Positions 1-10,517 of a stretch of DNA of 64,000 bases are shown in pieces. The position numbers and the translations under genes are program-made. Each line of letters starts with the position of its first letter. Position 1 is the stretch's first letter. A model generated the notes under the pieces. That model saw only the letters and a program-made list of their open reading frames with translations, ran no database searches and was not told the DNA's origin. This DNA comes from Clostridium peptidivorans (GTDB taxonomy: Bacteria > Bacillota > Clostridia > Clostridiales > Clostridiaceae): positions 243,201 to 307,200 of the forward strand of contig NZ_OAOD01000001.1 in assembly GCF_900205925.1 (NCBI RefSeq). The letters run 5' to 3'.

Positions 1-432
1 AATAAGCCAGCTATATGGGTCTCTTGGATTTTCATTAACCATTCTTGTTATCTTTTCAATTTCTGATGCCCCTTCTACTAAATCATCTACTACAGTAACT
101 ATTGGCAAATCTTTAAACTGCTTTTGTAATTTGGAAATTGCACTTAAATCCTTATTATCATTACGTCTTTCATTTATAGATATCTTTGCTTCCTCTTTTA
201 ATTTTTTTGCTTCTTCTCTTCTTTGTATGCCCTCATTAAATTTAATTGCATTTATATTTTGAAGAGCTTCTCTTTTATTATACTGCATTTTACGTTTATC
301 TTTATTTTTAGCATCATCTATATTCTTATCTAGTTTCTTAACTTTTCCCTCTAAATACAAACATTTTACAGTTTCCTTAGCCTTACTTAATGCTATCTTA
401 TTTAAGCTTACTAGTTTTTTACCTAAACCCAT
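1..432 (-). CDS. hypothetical Lys/Glu-rich protein (N-terminus MGLGKKLVSLNKIAL...), truncated by the window edge
   Basis: Minus-strand open frame runs off position 1. ATG at 432-430 with AAAGGAG 9 nt upstream. No recognisable family. Confidence 0.45.
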   Translation of the reverse strand, partial: MGLGKKLVSLNKIALSKAKETVKCLYLEGKVKKLDKNIDDAKNKDKRKMQYNKREALQNINAIKFNEGIQRREEAKKLKEEAKISINERRNDNKDLSAISKLQKQFKDLPIVTVVDDLVEGASEIEKITRMVNENPRDPYSWLI

Positions 433-488
433 TTTTAAAACTCCTTTACTTTTTATTAATATCTTGTTTTAAAAATGAGCATTATGGG

Positions 489-983
489 TTACTTTAAGTA
501 ACAATCTACTATTTCTCCATAATACATAGTATGATAATCACCATTTTCATAACAAGATTTATTTATCTCTGGAGATAAAAACTTTTCATCCATATGCTGC
601 TTATATATTATTTTGCACTCAAATTGCAAATCGCATTCACCTATAATAGGAGAATTTACCTTATTTGATTTTTCCATAGATAAATTGCACTCTTTAAATT
701 TATCTATATCTCTTCCTGACTTTGTTCCACATATTGCAAGCTCCTTTTTTAAATCGCAGTTTACAGGAATACTTACTGTGAAATCTTCTGCTGCTTCTAT
801 AATATCATAGGTATATCTGGATTTTCTAACCATAACCATAAATACTGGCTTTCTCCATATATATCCTATATCTCCCCAGCCTATAGTCATAGTATTTACC
901 TTATCTCCACTTTTTACTGTTAAAAAAGCCCCTTTAGTTTTTAAAACATCCATAGCATCCTTTGCATATTTTGTGAATTCCAT
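489..983 (-). CDS. flavin reductase-like FMN-binding domain protein
   Basis: 164 aa. NTMTIGWG-type motif typical of the flavin reductase / flavoredoxin family. Confidence 0.7.
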   Translation of the reverse strand: MEFTKYAKDAMDVLKTKGAFLTVKSGDKVNTMTIGWGDIGYIWRKPVFMVMVRKSRYTYDIIEAAEDFTVSIPVNCDLKKELAICGTKSGRDIDKFKECNLSMEKSNKVNSPIIGECDLQFECKIIYKQHMDEKFLSPEINKSCYENGDYHTMYYGEIVDCYLK

Positions 984-999
984 AATAAATTCCTCCTAA

Positions 1000-1776
1000 T
1001 TATAAATATTCAGGTTTTCTATTTCTAAAATAAACTGGCTTTAAGCCACATAATTCTGCTAGGTTAATTGCTAAATCAAAATTTTTTCCAATACTTTGGG
1101 CAGTGTGCGAATCAGAACCTATAGTTATTATTTTACCACCTAATTCATTGAATCTTTTATATATTTTTTGTAAATTCCCCATTGCTTCCTTTTCATTAAA
1201 TCTTCTAGTATTTATTTCTATAGCCTTTTCACTTTTGGCTATAGCATTTAATATTTCATCTATGTATTCATTATAATCATCATAATATATTTCCCTATCT
1301 TCAAAAGGGGCATATCTAGCTATATAATCTATATGTCCTAGAGAATCTATAAAATCATATTCTTTTACGCATTTTAATATGCCTTCTAAATAATTTATGT
1401 AACATTCTTTTTTACTTCTACCTTCATAAAATTCTTCTGCATATATATCATAATACTTTCCATCATAATTTACCACATGTACAGATCCTAATATAAAGTC
1501 CAGATCATATTTTGATGCTATCTCTCTATTTTCATTTATAACATCTTCCCTCATACCCATTTCTATACCAAGTAAAACTTTTTTATTTCTATATGGTGTG
1601 TATTCCTGAAAATATTTATCTATATCAAATATAAACCTATCCTTAACCATGTATTTTAAGTCAAAATGATCTGTAATTATTATACCTATGTTATTTTTAT
1701 TTGCAGAACTTATTGCATCTTTTAAAGGCATTATGCAATCTGTAGAAAAACTTGTATGTACATGACTATCAAACAT
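1000..1776 (-). CDS. hisK: histidinol-phosphatase HisJ/HisK family (PHP domain) phosphoesterase
   Basis: 258 aa. N-terminal HVHTSFS and DHFD PHP metal-binding motifs. Confidence 0.75.
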   Translation of the reverse strand: MFDSHVHTSFSTDCIMPLKDAISSANKNNIGIIITDHFDLKYMVKDRFIFDIDKYFQEYTPYRNKKVLLGIEMGMREDVINENREIASKYDLDFILGSVHVVNYDGKYYDIYAEEFYEGRSKKECYINYLEGILKCVKEYDFIDSLGHIDYIARYAPFEDREIYYDDYNEYIDEILNAIAKSEKAIEINTRRFNEKEAMGNLQKIYKRFNELGGKIITIGSDSHTAQSIGKNFDLAINLAELCGLKPVYFRNRKPEYL

Positions 1777-2071
1777 GTAAAATCACCTCCAAAGTAACTT
1801 TAATTGTGAATTTAATTATTTATAATAGGTATTTTACCCATCCTTATTTTAATAACTCTTTAACAATATAGGAATATTATTTAAAAATGTTCAATATTTC
1901 TCTAATATATTATACATCAATTTTTTTTACTTACCAGATAACCTCAGGATATTTATGTAATTTATTTTAGATTTATTATATTCTTTATAAAACTTCATTT
2001 AAATTTTTATAAAATTATGAGATAATCATTAATAAAGATTATATTTTAAAATGTTTATAGGGGGCGTTTTG

Positions 2072-2878
2072 ATGACTAACTTACGCAAGGATTATTTAAA
2101 AACTATAAAAAAAATAATTGTTAAAGTTGGTTCTTCTACTTTAACTTATAATAATGGGCTTTTAAATCTTTCTCATATAGAACATTTAGTAAGACAACTT
2201 GCAGATATGCACAATCAAGGATACAGCGTTGTTCTTGTAAGTTCTGGGGCAATTGGAGCAGGTATGGGAAAATTAGGACTCAAAGAAAGACCTAAAAGTA
2301 TTCCTGAAAAGCAAGCTGCGGCTGCTGTGGGGCAAGGCATACTTATGCATATGTATGAAAAGATATTTTCTGAATATGGCAAAACTGTAGCTCAAGTTCT
2401 TTTAACTAAAGAAGACATGACAAATAAAGCACGTAGAGAAAATGCTCATAACACTTTTTCTGCTCTTTTAAATCAAAATGTAATTCCTATAATAAATGAA
2501 AATGATGCCGTTGTGGTAGATGAAATAAAGGTTGGAGATAACGATACCCTATCTGCACTGGTATCTGAACTAATTAAAGGAGACTTACTTATACTTATGT
2601 CTGATATAGATGGTCTATACGATTCAGATCCTAGAAAAAATAAAGATGCAAAACTTATAAGTACAGTGGATAAAGTTACGGAAGATATAGAAGCATGTGC
2701 AGGGGGCGCTGGAAGTAATCTTGGTACAGGTGGTATGGCTACAAAAATTAATGCTGCAAAGATTGCCACAGCTTCTGGCATATCCATGGTAATTGTAAAT
2801 GGAGATAATGCAGAAGTACTAGGTAAGGTAATTGCAGGAGAAGAAGTAGGAACTTGGTTTAAAGCTGACGTAAAATAA
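2072..2878 (+). CDS. proB: glutamate 5-kinase (short form without PUA domain)
   Basis: VKVGSS...[10 protein letters not shown]...KQAAAAVGQ amino acid kinase motifs. AGGGGG RBS upstream of the ATG at 2072; the six-frame ORF starts at 2051. Confidence 0.9.
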   Translation: MTNLRKDYLKTIKKIIVKVGSSTLTYNNGLLNLSHIEHLVRQLADMHNQGYSVVLVSSGAIGAGMGKLGLKERPKSIPEKQAAAAVGQGILMHMYEKIFSEYGKTVAQVLLTKEDMTNKARRENAHNTFSALLNQNVIPIINENDAVVVDEIKVGDNDTLSALVSELIKGDLLILMSDIDGLYDSDPRKNKDAKLISTVDKVTEDIEACAGGAGSNLGTGGMATKINAAKIATASGISMVIVNGDNAEVLGKVIAGEEVGTWFKADVK

Positions 2879-2890
2879 GGAGGAATATTC

Positions 2891-4168
2891 GTGGAAAACA
2901 TACAAGAATATATATTAGGCATTGGAAAGAAGGCTAAAGAAGCTTCTAGAAGTCTTTCATCCCTAGATACAAATTCTAAAAACAAAGCACTATTATCTAT
3001 GGCTGAAGGTTTAAAGAATAATACTTTAGAAATTATTGAAGCAAATAAAATTGATTTAAAACTTGGAGAAGAAAAAGGATTAAATAAGTCTCTTTTAGAT
3101 AGACTTCTTATAAATGAACAAAGAATAAATGCCATGGCTGAAGGATTAAGACAAGTAGCAGAGCTTCCAGATCCTATTGGAGAAGTTATAAGCATGTGGA
3201 AAAGACCTAATGGCATAACTATAGGACAAAGAAGAGTACCTTTAGGAGTTATAGGGATAATATATGAAGCTCGTCCAAATGTAACTGTGGATGCTGCTGC
3301 ATTATGTTTAAAATCCGGTAATGCAGTAATACTTAGAGGTGGCTCTGAAGCTATAAATACAAATATGGCTATAGCTAAAATACTTAGAAATTCTCTTATA
3401 TCCTGTAACCTCTCACCAGATTTTATACAACTTGTGGAAATTACAGATAGAGAAATTGTAAATATAATGCTTAAGTTAAATGAATATATAGATGTTTTAA
3501 TTCCTCGTGGAGGAAAAGGACTTATACAAACTGTTGTTAAAAATGCCACAGTGCCTGTTATAGAAACAGGAGTTGGTAATTGTCATGTGTTTGTAGATAG
3601 CTCTGCAGACCTTTCCATGGCTGAAAACATCATAGTTAATGGAAAAACTCAAAGACCTGCAGTCTGTAATGCCATAGAAACAATTTTAATTCATAAAGAC
3701 GCTGCAGAGGAATTTGTACCTAAAATCACAAATACATTAAATAAATTAGGTGTAGAATTAAGAGTTTGTGAAAAAACTAAAGAAATAATAAATGCTAATA
3801 ATATAGAAGCAAATGTAAAGCCTGCAATTCCTAAAGATTGGGATACAGAATATCTTGATTTGATCTTAGCAGTTAAAATTGTGGACTCTTTCGAAGAAGC
3901 AATAGAACATATTTATAATCATGGAACTAAACATTCTGAATGTATAGTTACAAATGATTATAAAAACTCACAAATCTTCTTGGATACCATAGATGCTGCA
4001 GCAGTTTATGTAAATGCTTCTACTAGATTTACAGATGGTTTTGAATTTGGCTTTGGTGCTGAAATTGGAATAAGCACACAAAAACTTCATGCTAGAGGCC
4101 CTATGGGACTTACTCAGCTTACTACTATAAAATATGTAGTATATGGCAGCGGACAAATTAGAGAATAA
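2891..4168 (+). CDS. proA: gamma-glutamyl phosphate reductase (glutamate-5-semialdehyde dehydrogenase)
   Basis: 425 aa ALDH-fold ProA signature, GTG start with AGGAGG RBS, immediately downstream of proB. Confidence 0.9.
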   Translation: MENIQEYILGIGKKAKEASRSLSSLDTNSKNKALLSMAEGLKNNTLEIIEANKIDLKLGEEKGLNKSLLDRLLINEQRINAMAEGLRQVAELPDPIGEVISMWKRPNGITIGQRRVPLGVIGIIYEARPNVTVDAAALCLKSGNAVILRGGSEAINTNMAIAKILRNSLISCNLSPDFIQLVEITDREIVNIMLKLNEYIDVLIPRGGKGLIQTVVKNATVPVIETGVGNCHVFVDSSADLSMAENIIVNGKTQRPAVCNAIETILIHKDAAEEFVPKITNTLNKLGVELRVCEKTKEIINANNIEANVKPAIPKDWDTEYLDLILAVKIVDSFEEAIEHIYNHGTKHSECIVTNDYKNSQIFLDTIDAAAVYVNASTRFTDGFEFGFGAEIGISTQKLHARGPMGLTQLTTIKYVVYGSGQIRE

Positions 4169-4175
4169 AAATAAA

Positions 4176-4215
4176 ATGTAGAAGCTTTGCATAATAAAGT
4201 TTCTACATTTTTATA
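4176..4215 (+). terminator. rho-independent terminator after proA
   Basis: ATGTAGAAGCTTT/AAAGTTTCTACAT stem of 13 bp with one mismatch, followed by TTTTTATATTTT. Confidence 0.7.
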
Positions 4216-4324
4216 TTTTAGTCATAATTTTTTAATTACTAGTCTCTACTTGATAATCTTAAATGAAATCATTCCTTCAAGGCCAATTACCTGCTGTTTT
4301 AAATCATAAAATAAATCATTAAAT

Positions 4325-4996
4325 TTATGCTTCTTTTATAAACCTTCCCGTTTCAATAAAATCATCTATTAATTTTGCTGTTTTCCACTTATAATGTATT
4401 TCTTTATGCTGAAATGGTAAAATCGCAAAGTCTTCCAACCCTTCATAATATACCGAGTTTACTGTGACCCTTCCATCATTTTCTCCATTTAGCAACTTTC
4501 CTAATACAAGTTTATCATTTCTTCCCGCAATGGCACCTATTTTAATTCTTTCATCATTAATAAAATCAACCCTTTTTACATTTTCTGTTTTTAAAGAATT
4601 TAAAGTCTTAAAAATATAAGTGAGAATATTAAAGTAATTCCCCGCCATATCCGCCAATTCGCTGCCATTATTAGGTGTTGCAATTAAAACGCACTTATTT
4701 ATTCTATATCTATTTTTAGATTGTAACAAATACTTTCTTATTATTAATCCTCCTGTACTATGTCCAATCAAATTAACTTTTTGATTTTTTTTCATGCCTT
4801 TTAAAATTTCCTCTACAATTCCTTCAAATATAAAAGTAGCATAATCAATTTCCTTATATGTTAAAGGCAAATCTACTAAAATACATTTGTGATTTAGCTT
4901 TTCAAGATTTTTTGATAAAATAGTCATATCATTCTTATTCTTATTATATCCATGAATTAAAATAGAAACCTTCTCTTCCAAGTAACCTCTCTCCAT
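4325..4996 (-). CDS. alpha/beta hydrolase (lipase/esterase-like, GHSTGG nucleophile elbow)
   Basis: 223 aa. GHSTGG serine-hydrolase motif. Confidence 0.65.
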   Translation of the reverse strand: MERGYLEEKVSILIHGYNKNKNDMTILSKNLEKLNHKCILVDLPLTYKEIDYATFIFEGIVEEILKGMKKNQKVNLIGHSTGGLIIRKYLLQSKNRYRINKCVLIATPNNGSELADMAGNYFNILTYIFKTLNSLKTENVKRVDFINDERIKIGAIAGRNDKLVLGKLLNGENDGRVTVNSVYYEGLEDFAILPFQHKEIHYKWKTAKLIDDFIETGRFIKEA

Positions 4997-5192
4997 CCAA
5001 TTTTAGCTTATCAATGAATTTCTTTTTCAAGAGTCATTTTAATTAGATATTCATATCTATTTTCTCTCATTATATAAACATCATTTAATAAGCTCTCTAG
5101 TATGCTTATTATACAATATTCCTATAATTTTAAAAACAATAATTTTCTTTACAATAGACCTAATCTTATAAGCTTAATAATTCTTGGAAATA

Positions 5193-6458
5193 TTAAATAC
5201 ATAAATATTTGCTTATAGATGTTTTACATATAAATTTATTATTTATAAAATTTATTAAGAAGGCTGATATTATTGCAAAAATCCAATGTGTCACAGGTAA
5301 GAAGAAACATATTAAAACTACAGCTAGAATAGGTTTTTTAAGTACCACTGTAATTACTCCAGTTGCAGTAATAGCTACAAGATAAGTTGAATCAATATTC
5401 AATATACAACTAAGAGCAAATGCTATACAAAATGAGGCAAATATTGTAGGAAATATTTGGCCACCAACCCATCGAAAATTAACAGATATTTTAGTAGCTA
5501 ATATTTTTAGAAAAGCAATAAGTACTAAGTAAGAAACTCCCAATTCCTCAAAATCATTAACAATTTCTCTTAAAGCATGTTCGCCAGAAAAAAGTGTAAG
5601 AGGAAAATATGCTCCTAAAGCTGCTAAAGTAAATCCACCAATTATCGCAGCTATAAATGGACTTAAACTTAATTTAGTTTTTTTACAAATATATTTTATT
5701 AATTGTCCGATATAGTTAAAAGATAAACCTATTATTATTGAAAGAATTAAAATAGGTATAAAAAACAACAACTCTTTACTAGAAATATTATTTTGCTCTA
5801 ATTTAAAAATAAAGCTTTCTTTATGTGTTAAATTATTTAAAAATTTTATTATAAAATAAGCAGATAAAGTTGTACAAGTATATGTGATATAATTTAATAG
5901 TTTTTTTGAAATAAGCTTTAGTTTATGAATTGAGTTTTTATCATAAGAAAATGAGCTAAAAAAAGGGACTTCAAAAATAGCAGTAAGTACAGCAGTAGTT
6001 GAGGTTTCTATAAGTTCTTCTTTTAATTCAGGATTTGAATTTTTAATTTTTATGCTTAAAAAAGTTGAAAACATAGCTACCATCCCAAAAAGGCCAGCTT
6101 CAGGCCCTATACTGCCTCCAAAAATTAGTGGTAAAAAAGCACATACAATATATTTGGGTAGCGGTTTATAATCAATAGTTTTTGTAAGCTTATATTCGTG
6201 AAGTATTTCTTCCATTTCTTTTGGATAAGGTCCTAAAAACTTTTGGCCAAGACCTATCATTATTCCTCCTACTATGCATAAAATTATAGTCATAGTAAAA
6301 TTACTTACTTTTATAATATGAGGCAGCTCATGCCACAAGAAATTAGTTGATAGATTTATAAGAAACATAAATAACCAGCAAAAGGCACCAACAACTGTAC
6401 CCATAATAAAACCGAAAAATATAATATTTTTTGCAATAGATTTAATAATAGACACCAC
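5193..6458 (-). CDS. polytopic membrane protein, possibly a ClC-family chloride channel
   Basis: 421 aa with about 10 hydrophobic segments. GGSIGPEAG and GGQIFP motifs resemble the ClC GxEGP/GxFxP motifs. Confidence 0.4.
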   Translation of the reverse strand: MVSIIKSIAKNIIFFGFIMGTVVGAFCWLFMFLINLSTNFLWHELPHIIKVSNFTMTIILCIVGGIMIGLGQKFLGPYPKEMEEILHEYKLTKTIDYKPLPKYIVCAFLPLIFGGSIGPEAGLFGMVAMFSTFLSIKIKNSNPELKEELIETSTTAVLTAIFEVPFFSSFSYDKNSIHKLKLISKKLLNYITYTCTTLSAYFIIKFLNNLTHKESFIFKLEQNNISSKELLFFIPILILSIIIGLSFNYIGQLIKYICKKTKLSLSPFIAAIIGGFTLAALGAYFPLTLFSGEHALREIVNDFEELGVSYLVLIAFLKILATKISVNFRWVGGQIFPTIFASFCIAFALSCILNIDSTYLVAITATGVITVVLKKPILAVVLICFFLPVTHWIFAIISAFLINFINNKFICKTSISKYLCI

Positions 6459-6469
6459 CTTTTCTATTT

Positions 6470-7036
6470 TTATTTTACAGTTAAACTAATAAATTCAACT
6501 AAAAAATTAATGTTGTCTTCTTTATCATTTCGATGAAATTCTAACATTGTTAACATGGATACTAATAAAGATTCTGCGAGTCTAGTATCAATCTTGGAAC
6601 ATTTATTAAGAGTCTCTACCTTATTAATACATTTAAATAAATTTTCTACTCTTAAAATTAAGCCATTTTTTAAATTATTAATCTCTTTATCATCCTTTAG
6701 CTCTGCTGCTGAAGTATTTATCAAATCTTTCCCTAAACCATTTCTTGCTTCAATATCCTCATAAAGCATCCTTATGAAATTTCTAAGTTTTTCTTCTGAA
6801 GAAATAGTAAGTTCACTTATAGCATCAAGCTTATTAAATGTATTTTCCCAGCCTTCTTTAAGTATACATAGATAAAGTTGCTTCTTATTTTCATAGTAAT
6901 TATATAAAGTTCCCACAGCTACTCCAGATTTTTTAGATATCATTCTCATGTCAACATTAATATAGCTAAGTTCAACAAACAATTCAATAGCACAATTTCT
7001 AATAGTTTTCTCAACATCTTTTATTATCTTTGGCAT
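6470..7036 (-). CDS. TetR/AcrR family transcriptional regulator
   Basis: N-terminal TetR HTH (SKKSGVAVGTLYNYYENK). Confidence 0.85.
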   Translation of the reverse strand: MPKIIKDVEKTIRNCAIELFVELSYINVDMRMISKKSGVAVGTLYNYYENKKQLYLCILKEGWENTFNKLDAISELTISSEEKLRNFIRMLYEDIEARNGLGKDLINTSAAELKDDKEINNLKNGLILRVENLFKCINKVETLNKCSKIDTRLAESLLVSMLTMLEFHRNDKEDNINFLVEFISLTVK

Positions 7037-7215
7037 AGCATTACCCCTTATTATGAACTACAGTTCATTTAAAGTATAGTATTATTATATGATGTTCTCT
7101 TTTATTTGTAAAGAAATTTGTAGATTTAAGGAGCTAAACTGTACTTTAAAGTTTAGCTCCTGTTATTTCTTCTAAAATCAAATTTTCCGTACTAAACTTA
7201 ATTATTATTTATTAT

Positions 7216-8586
7216 TTACCTCATAATCTTTTTTAATAACTTTAAATGTTCTTTGTATGGCGGATACCTAAGTGGTATATCTAACAAATTAGATTTTTTC
7301 AGGATACTTTTTTTATGAGAAAAAGTATCAAAGCTTGCTTTCCCATGATATCCTCCCATCCCACTGTCTCCAACACCCCCAAATGGCATGTATGAAGTGG
7401 CCAAATGTACTATTGTATCATTTATACATCCTCCACCAAAAAAAATGTTCTTGATGACGTTTTTTTCTCTCTCATTATCATTTGTAAATAAATAGAGTGC
7501 CAATGGCTTTGGATGCTTATTTACTACTGAAATAACCTCACCTAAGCTTTCAAATTCTAGCACAGGCAGTATTGGCCCAAATATTTCTTCCTGCATAATA
7601 GCACTATCCCATGTTACAGTATCAAGGATTGTTGGAGAGATTTGATTAGTTTTATCATTGCATTCTCCTCCAAATATAATGTTTCCACTCTTCAGTAGAC
7701 TTAGAAGCCGATTGAAGTGCTTGTCATTAATAATCTTTGGGTAATCTACGTTATTACAGGGACTTTCACCATAAAATTCAGTAATATACTCTTTCATTTT
7801 ATGAATAAGCTTATCCTTTACACTACTCTGAACCATTAAATAATCTGGTGCTACACAGGTTTGTCCTGCATTTAAAAACTTCCCCCAAACAATTCTCTTT
7901 GCAGCAAGGTCTATATTTGCTGTTTCATCTACAATGCAGGGGCTTTTCCCTCCCAGCTCCAGCGTTACAGGTGTAAGGTGCTTTGAAGCGGCTTCCATTA
8001 CTATCTTTCCTACTGGTACACTACCAGTAAAGAAAATATAATCAAACTTTTCTTCAAGCAATGTTTTATTGACTTCCCTTCCACCTTTTACTACCGCAAT
8101 ATGATATTCATCAAAATTCTCACTTATAAGCTTATCTATAACTGCAGATGTATGGTATGAATACTCGGATGGTTTTATAATAGAGCAATTTCCCGCTGCA
8201 ATAGCACCTATAAGTGGTGCTATAGTTAGTTGAAAAGGATAATTCCATGGTGACATAATTAATGTTATCCCATAGGGTTCGGAATACATATAGCTTCTAG
8301 ATAAAAAGTGTGTTAATGGCGTTTTTACCCTTTTACGTCCTGCCCAATTTGGAAGATGCCTTATAGTATATTTTATTTCTTCCAAAACAAGGCCTACTTC
8401 TGTCTCATAGGACTCAAAATCAGCCTTGTTTAAATCTTTTTTCAATGCCTCCATTATTTCTTGCTCATTCTCAATTATTACTCTTCTTAATATCTTGAGT
8501 TTTTCTATGCGAAAATCTATATCTTTTGTTCTACCCTCTTCAAAAAACAATCTTTGTTTTTCTATAATTTCTTTAATATTATACAT
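7216..8586 (-). CDS. NAD(P)-dependent aldehyde dehydrogenase (ALDH3-like)
   Basis: 456 aa. ELGGKSP catalytic region and GxGxxG-like FTGSVPVG motif. Confidence 0.85.
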   Translation of the reverse strand: MYNIKEIIEKQRLFFEEGRTKDIDFRIEKLKILRRVIIENEQEIMEALKKDLNKADFESYETEVGLVLEEIKYTIRHLPNWAGRKRVKTPLTHFLSRSYMYSEPYGITLIMSPWNYPFQLTIAPLIGAIAAGNCSIIKPSEYSYHTSAVIDKLISENFDEYHIAVVKGGREVNKTLLEEKFDYIFFTGSVPVGKIVMEAASKHLTPVTLELGGKSPCIVDETANIDLAAKRIVWGKFLNAGQTCVAPDYLMVQSSVKDKLIHKMKEYITEFYGESPCNNVDYPKIINDKHFNRLLSLLKSGNIIFGGECNDKTNQISPTILDTVTWDSAIMQEEIFGPILPVLEFESLGEVISVVNKHPKPLALYLFTNDNEREKNVIKNIFFGGGCINDTIVHLATSYMPFGGVGDSGMGGYHGKASFDTFSHKKSILKKSNLLDIPLRYPPYKEHLKLLKKIMR

Positions 8587-8667
8587 AAGGAACCCCTCCT
8601 AAGTTAATTCTAAATCTATAAAGCTTAAAGTCAATATTAAGGCCCTTTTGTAGATTTTAATTATTAG

Positions 8668-9072
8668 TTAATCATTATATCTATAAAAACGATTATTCTG
8701 GTTATATGCAAAGCCAAACTTTTTATAGAAATTATCAAGCTCATCTATTGCAATTAGACCAATAATAGCACCATCTATGCAATTATTATCAATATAATCT
8801 ATTATTTTTTTCATAATCAATGTACCAATTTTCTGCTTTTGATATGAAGGTACAACCATTATGTCTTGTATGTAAAAAACTGTTGCACCATCGCCAACAA
8901 TTCTTCCAAATCCTATTATATTACCTTGGTCTTCTACACAGACACAGTAAGTTGAATTATTCAATCCCTTTTCAATTTTATCATGCTGTAATATTTTCCA
9001 ACCAATAGAGTTTCTTAGCTTAATATATTCTTCAACTGATGGTTTTCTTTCAGTTACTGTAATACTTTTCAT
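8668..9072 (-). CDS. GNAT family N-acetyltransferase
   Basis: GNAT fold motifs (QKQKIGTLIMKK). GGAGGGAG RBS upstream of the internal ATG at 9072; the six-frame ORF extends to 9102. Confidence 0.7.
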   Translation of the reverse strand: MKSITVTERKPSVEEYIKLRNSIGWKILQHDKIEKGLNNSTYCVCVEDQGNIIGFGRIVGDGATVFYIQDIMVVPSYQKQKIGTLIMKKIIDYIDNNCIDGAIIGLIAIDELDNFYKKFGFAYNQNNRFYRYND

Positions 9073-9154
9073 ATTTAAAACTCCCTCCATATCAGGTTTC
9101 AATTAATTTCAAACCTCTTTGAAATTAATTAAGATAAATTCATAACCATAAGGA

Positions 9155-9721
9155 CTATTTGTTATAAAATCTTGAATAATAAATAACCATACTAATTCTT
9201 GTTAATTTATCACCTGAATTATGATATATGTGAGGTTTGTCAGCTTTTAGCCTTATAGAATCCCCTTCCTTTATCGTGAATTCTTCATTATTCACTCGAA
9301 TAGTTAATTCACCATCAAAGACGGTTATAAATTCTTCTGTACCTTCTCTATGTGAATCTGCACTTAAATAACCACCCTCTTCTATTTCAACAGTATACAT
9401 CTCAAATTACCTTTCACTTTCATAAGGAAAAAATGGATAACCCTTATATTTCCCACTGTCTTCAACTAATGGTTTAATACTTTCTTTCTGAATAACTACA
9501 GCATTTTCCTGAGTGGATTTTATTAATTCAGTAAATGATATTTTTAGTCCATTAGCTATTTTCCAAGCAGTAGTAATTGTTGGATTTGATTCACCTCTTT
9601 CAATCTGACCTAGCATACTCTTACTTACACCAGTAATTTGTGCTAAATTATCAAGACTCAATTTTCTATCCTCTCGAATCTGTTTCAAATTTGTGGCTAA
9701 TATTATATTTAAATTTTCCAA
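9155..9721 (-). pseudogene. XRE-family HTH + cupin sensor-domain regulator interrupted by one in-frame TAA
   Basis: The HTH ORF (9407..9721) and the cupin ORF (9155..9400) are in the same frame. They are separated by a TAA at 9409-9407 plus two codons. The cupin fold spans the stop. Confidence 0.7.
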
Positions 9722-9739
9722 AATACTTTCATCTCCTCT

Positions 9740-9779
9740 TGTGCATTATAACGTACATATCGTATAATTATATTGCACA
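9740..9779. promoter_or_regulatory. inverted repeat TGTGCATTATA-N18-TATATTGCACA in the divergent promoter region, enclosing a TATAAT box
   Basis: Near-perfect 11-nt inverted repeat between the XRE-cupin gene and the LysE exporter gene. Candidate operator. Confidence 0.35.
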
Positions 9780-9809
9780 AAATATTTATTTTATTTAAGA
9801 GGGATTACA

Positions 9810-10397
9810 ATGATGTTTAGTTTAACCGCATTTTTATCCTATGTGTTTGTTTCCAATTTTACACCAGGACCAAATAATATTATGGCTATGTCCAATGGTA
9901 GTAATTTTGGATATAAAAAAACCTTTAAATTTGTTTTAGGTGTCACTACTGGTTTTGGAATAATCATATTGTTATCTAGTTATCTTAATCTGCTTTTGCT
10001 TAACTTCATTCCAAAGATTAAATTGTTTGTTGATTTTGTTGGATTTGCATATATGATTTATTTAGCTGTTAAAATTTTAAAAAGTAAACCCCAATCAGAG
10101 GATACCATATCTAACAGCATGAACACTTTTCTTATAGGGATGGCTATGCAGTTTATTAACCCAAAAGTGATAATTTATGGCATAACTGTAACCTCAAGTT
10201 TTATAATACCATACTATAAGACAAATTTATCACTCTTTTTATTTTCTATTTTTCTTGCATTTATAGGATTTATAGCAAACTCTTGTTGGGCACTTTTTGG
10301 TGCTTTGTTTCAGAAATTTTTAATGCAATATAGAAAACCTTTCAATGCTTTTATGGCATTACTCCTAATATATAGTGCAGTATCTATTCTAAATTAG
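9810..10397 (+). CDS. LysE/RhtB family amino acid exporter
   Basis: 195 aa, 6 TM, N-terminal FTPGPNN LysE motif, GAGGGA RBS. Confidence 0.8.
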   Translation: MMFSLTAFLSYVFVSNFTPGPNNIMAMSNGSNFGYKKTFKFVLGVTTGFGIIILLSSYLNLLLLNFIPKIKLFVDFVGFAYMIYLAVKILKSKPQSEDTISNSMNTFLIGMAMQFINPKVIIYGITVTSSFIIPYYKTNLSLFLFSIFLAFIGFIANSCWALFGALFQKFLMQYRKPFNAFMALLLIYSAVSILN

Positions 10398-10517
10398 CCT
10401 ATCTGATTAGATTTTAAAAATCACAAGGCCTGTTTATTATGAATTTAAACAGACCTTGTATTGCATAATATTATATTATAGATAAACTTATTAATTACGA
10501 TGTATCTAAATTAAATT

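Noticed and set aside
1777-2071. Possible T-box or other riboswitch leader upstream of proBA.
   Set aside because: No T-box conserved sequence (AGGGTGGNACCGCG) or specifier/antiterminator arrangement was recognisable. It is just an AT-rich promoter region.
2473-3549. Long antisense ORFs from the six-frame track (for example 2473..3549, 37248..37622, 40009..40500, 43394..43795, 31360..31926, 613..810).
   Set aside because: They lie entirely inside well-supported genes on the opposite strand, have low-complexity composition and no RBS. They are artefacts of AT-rich sequence.
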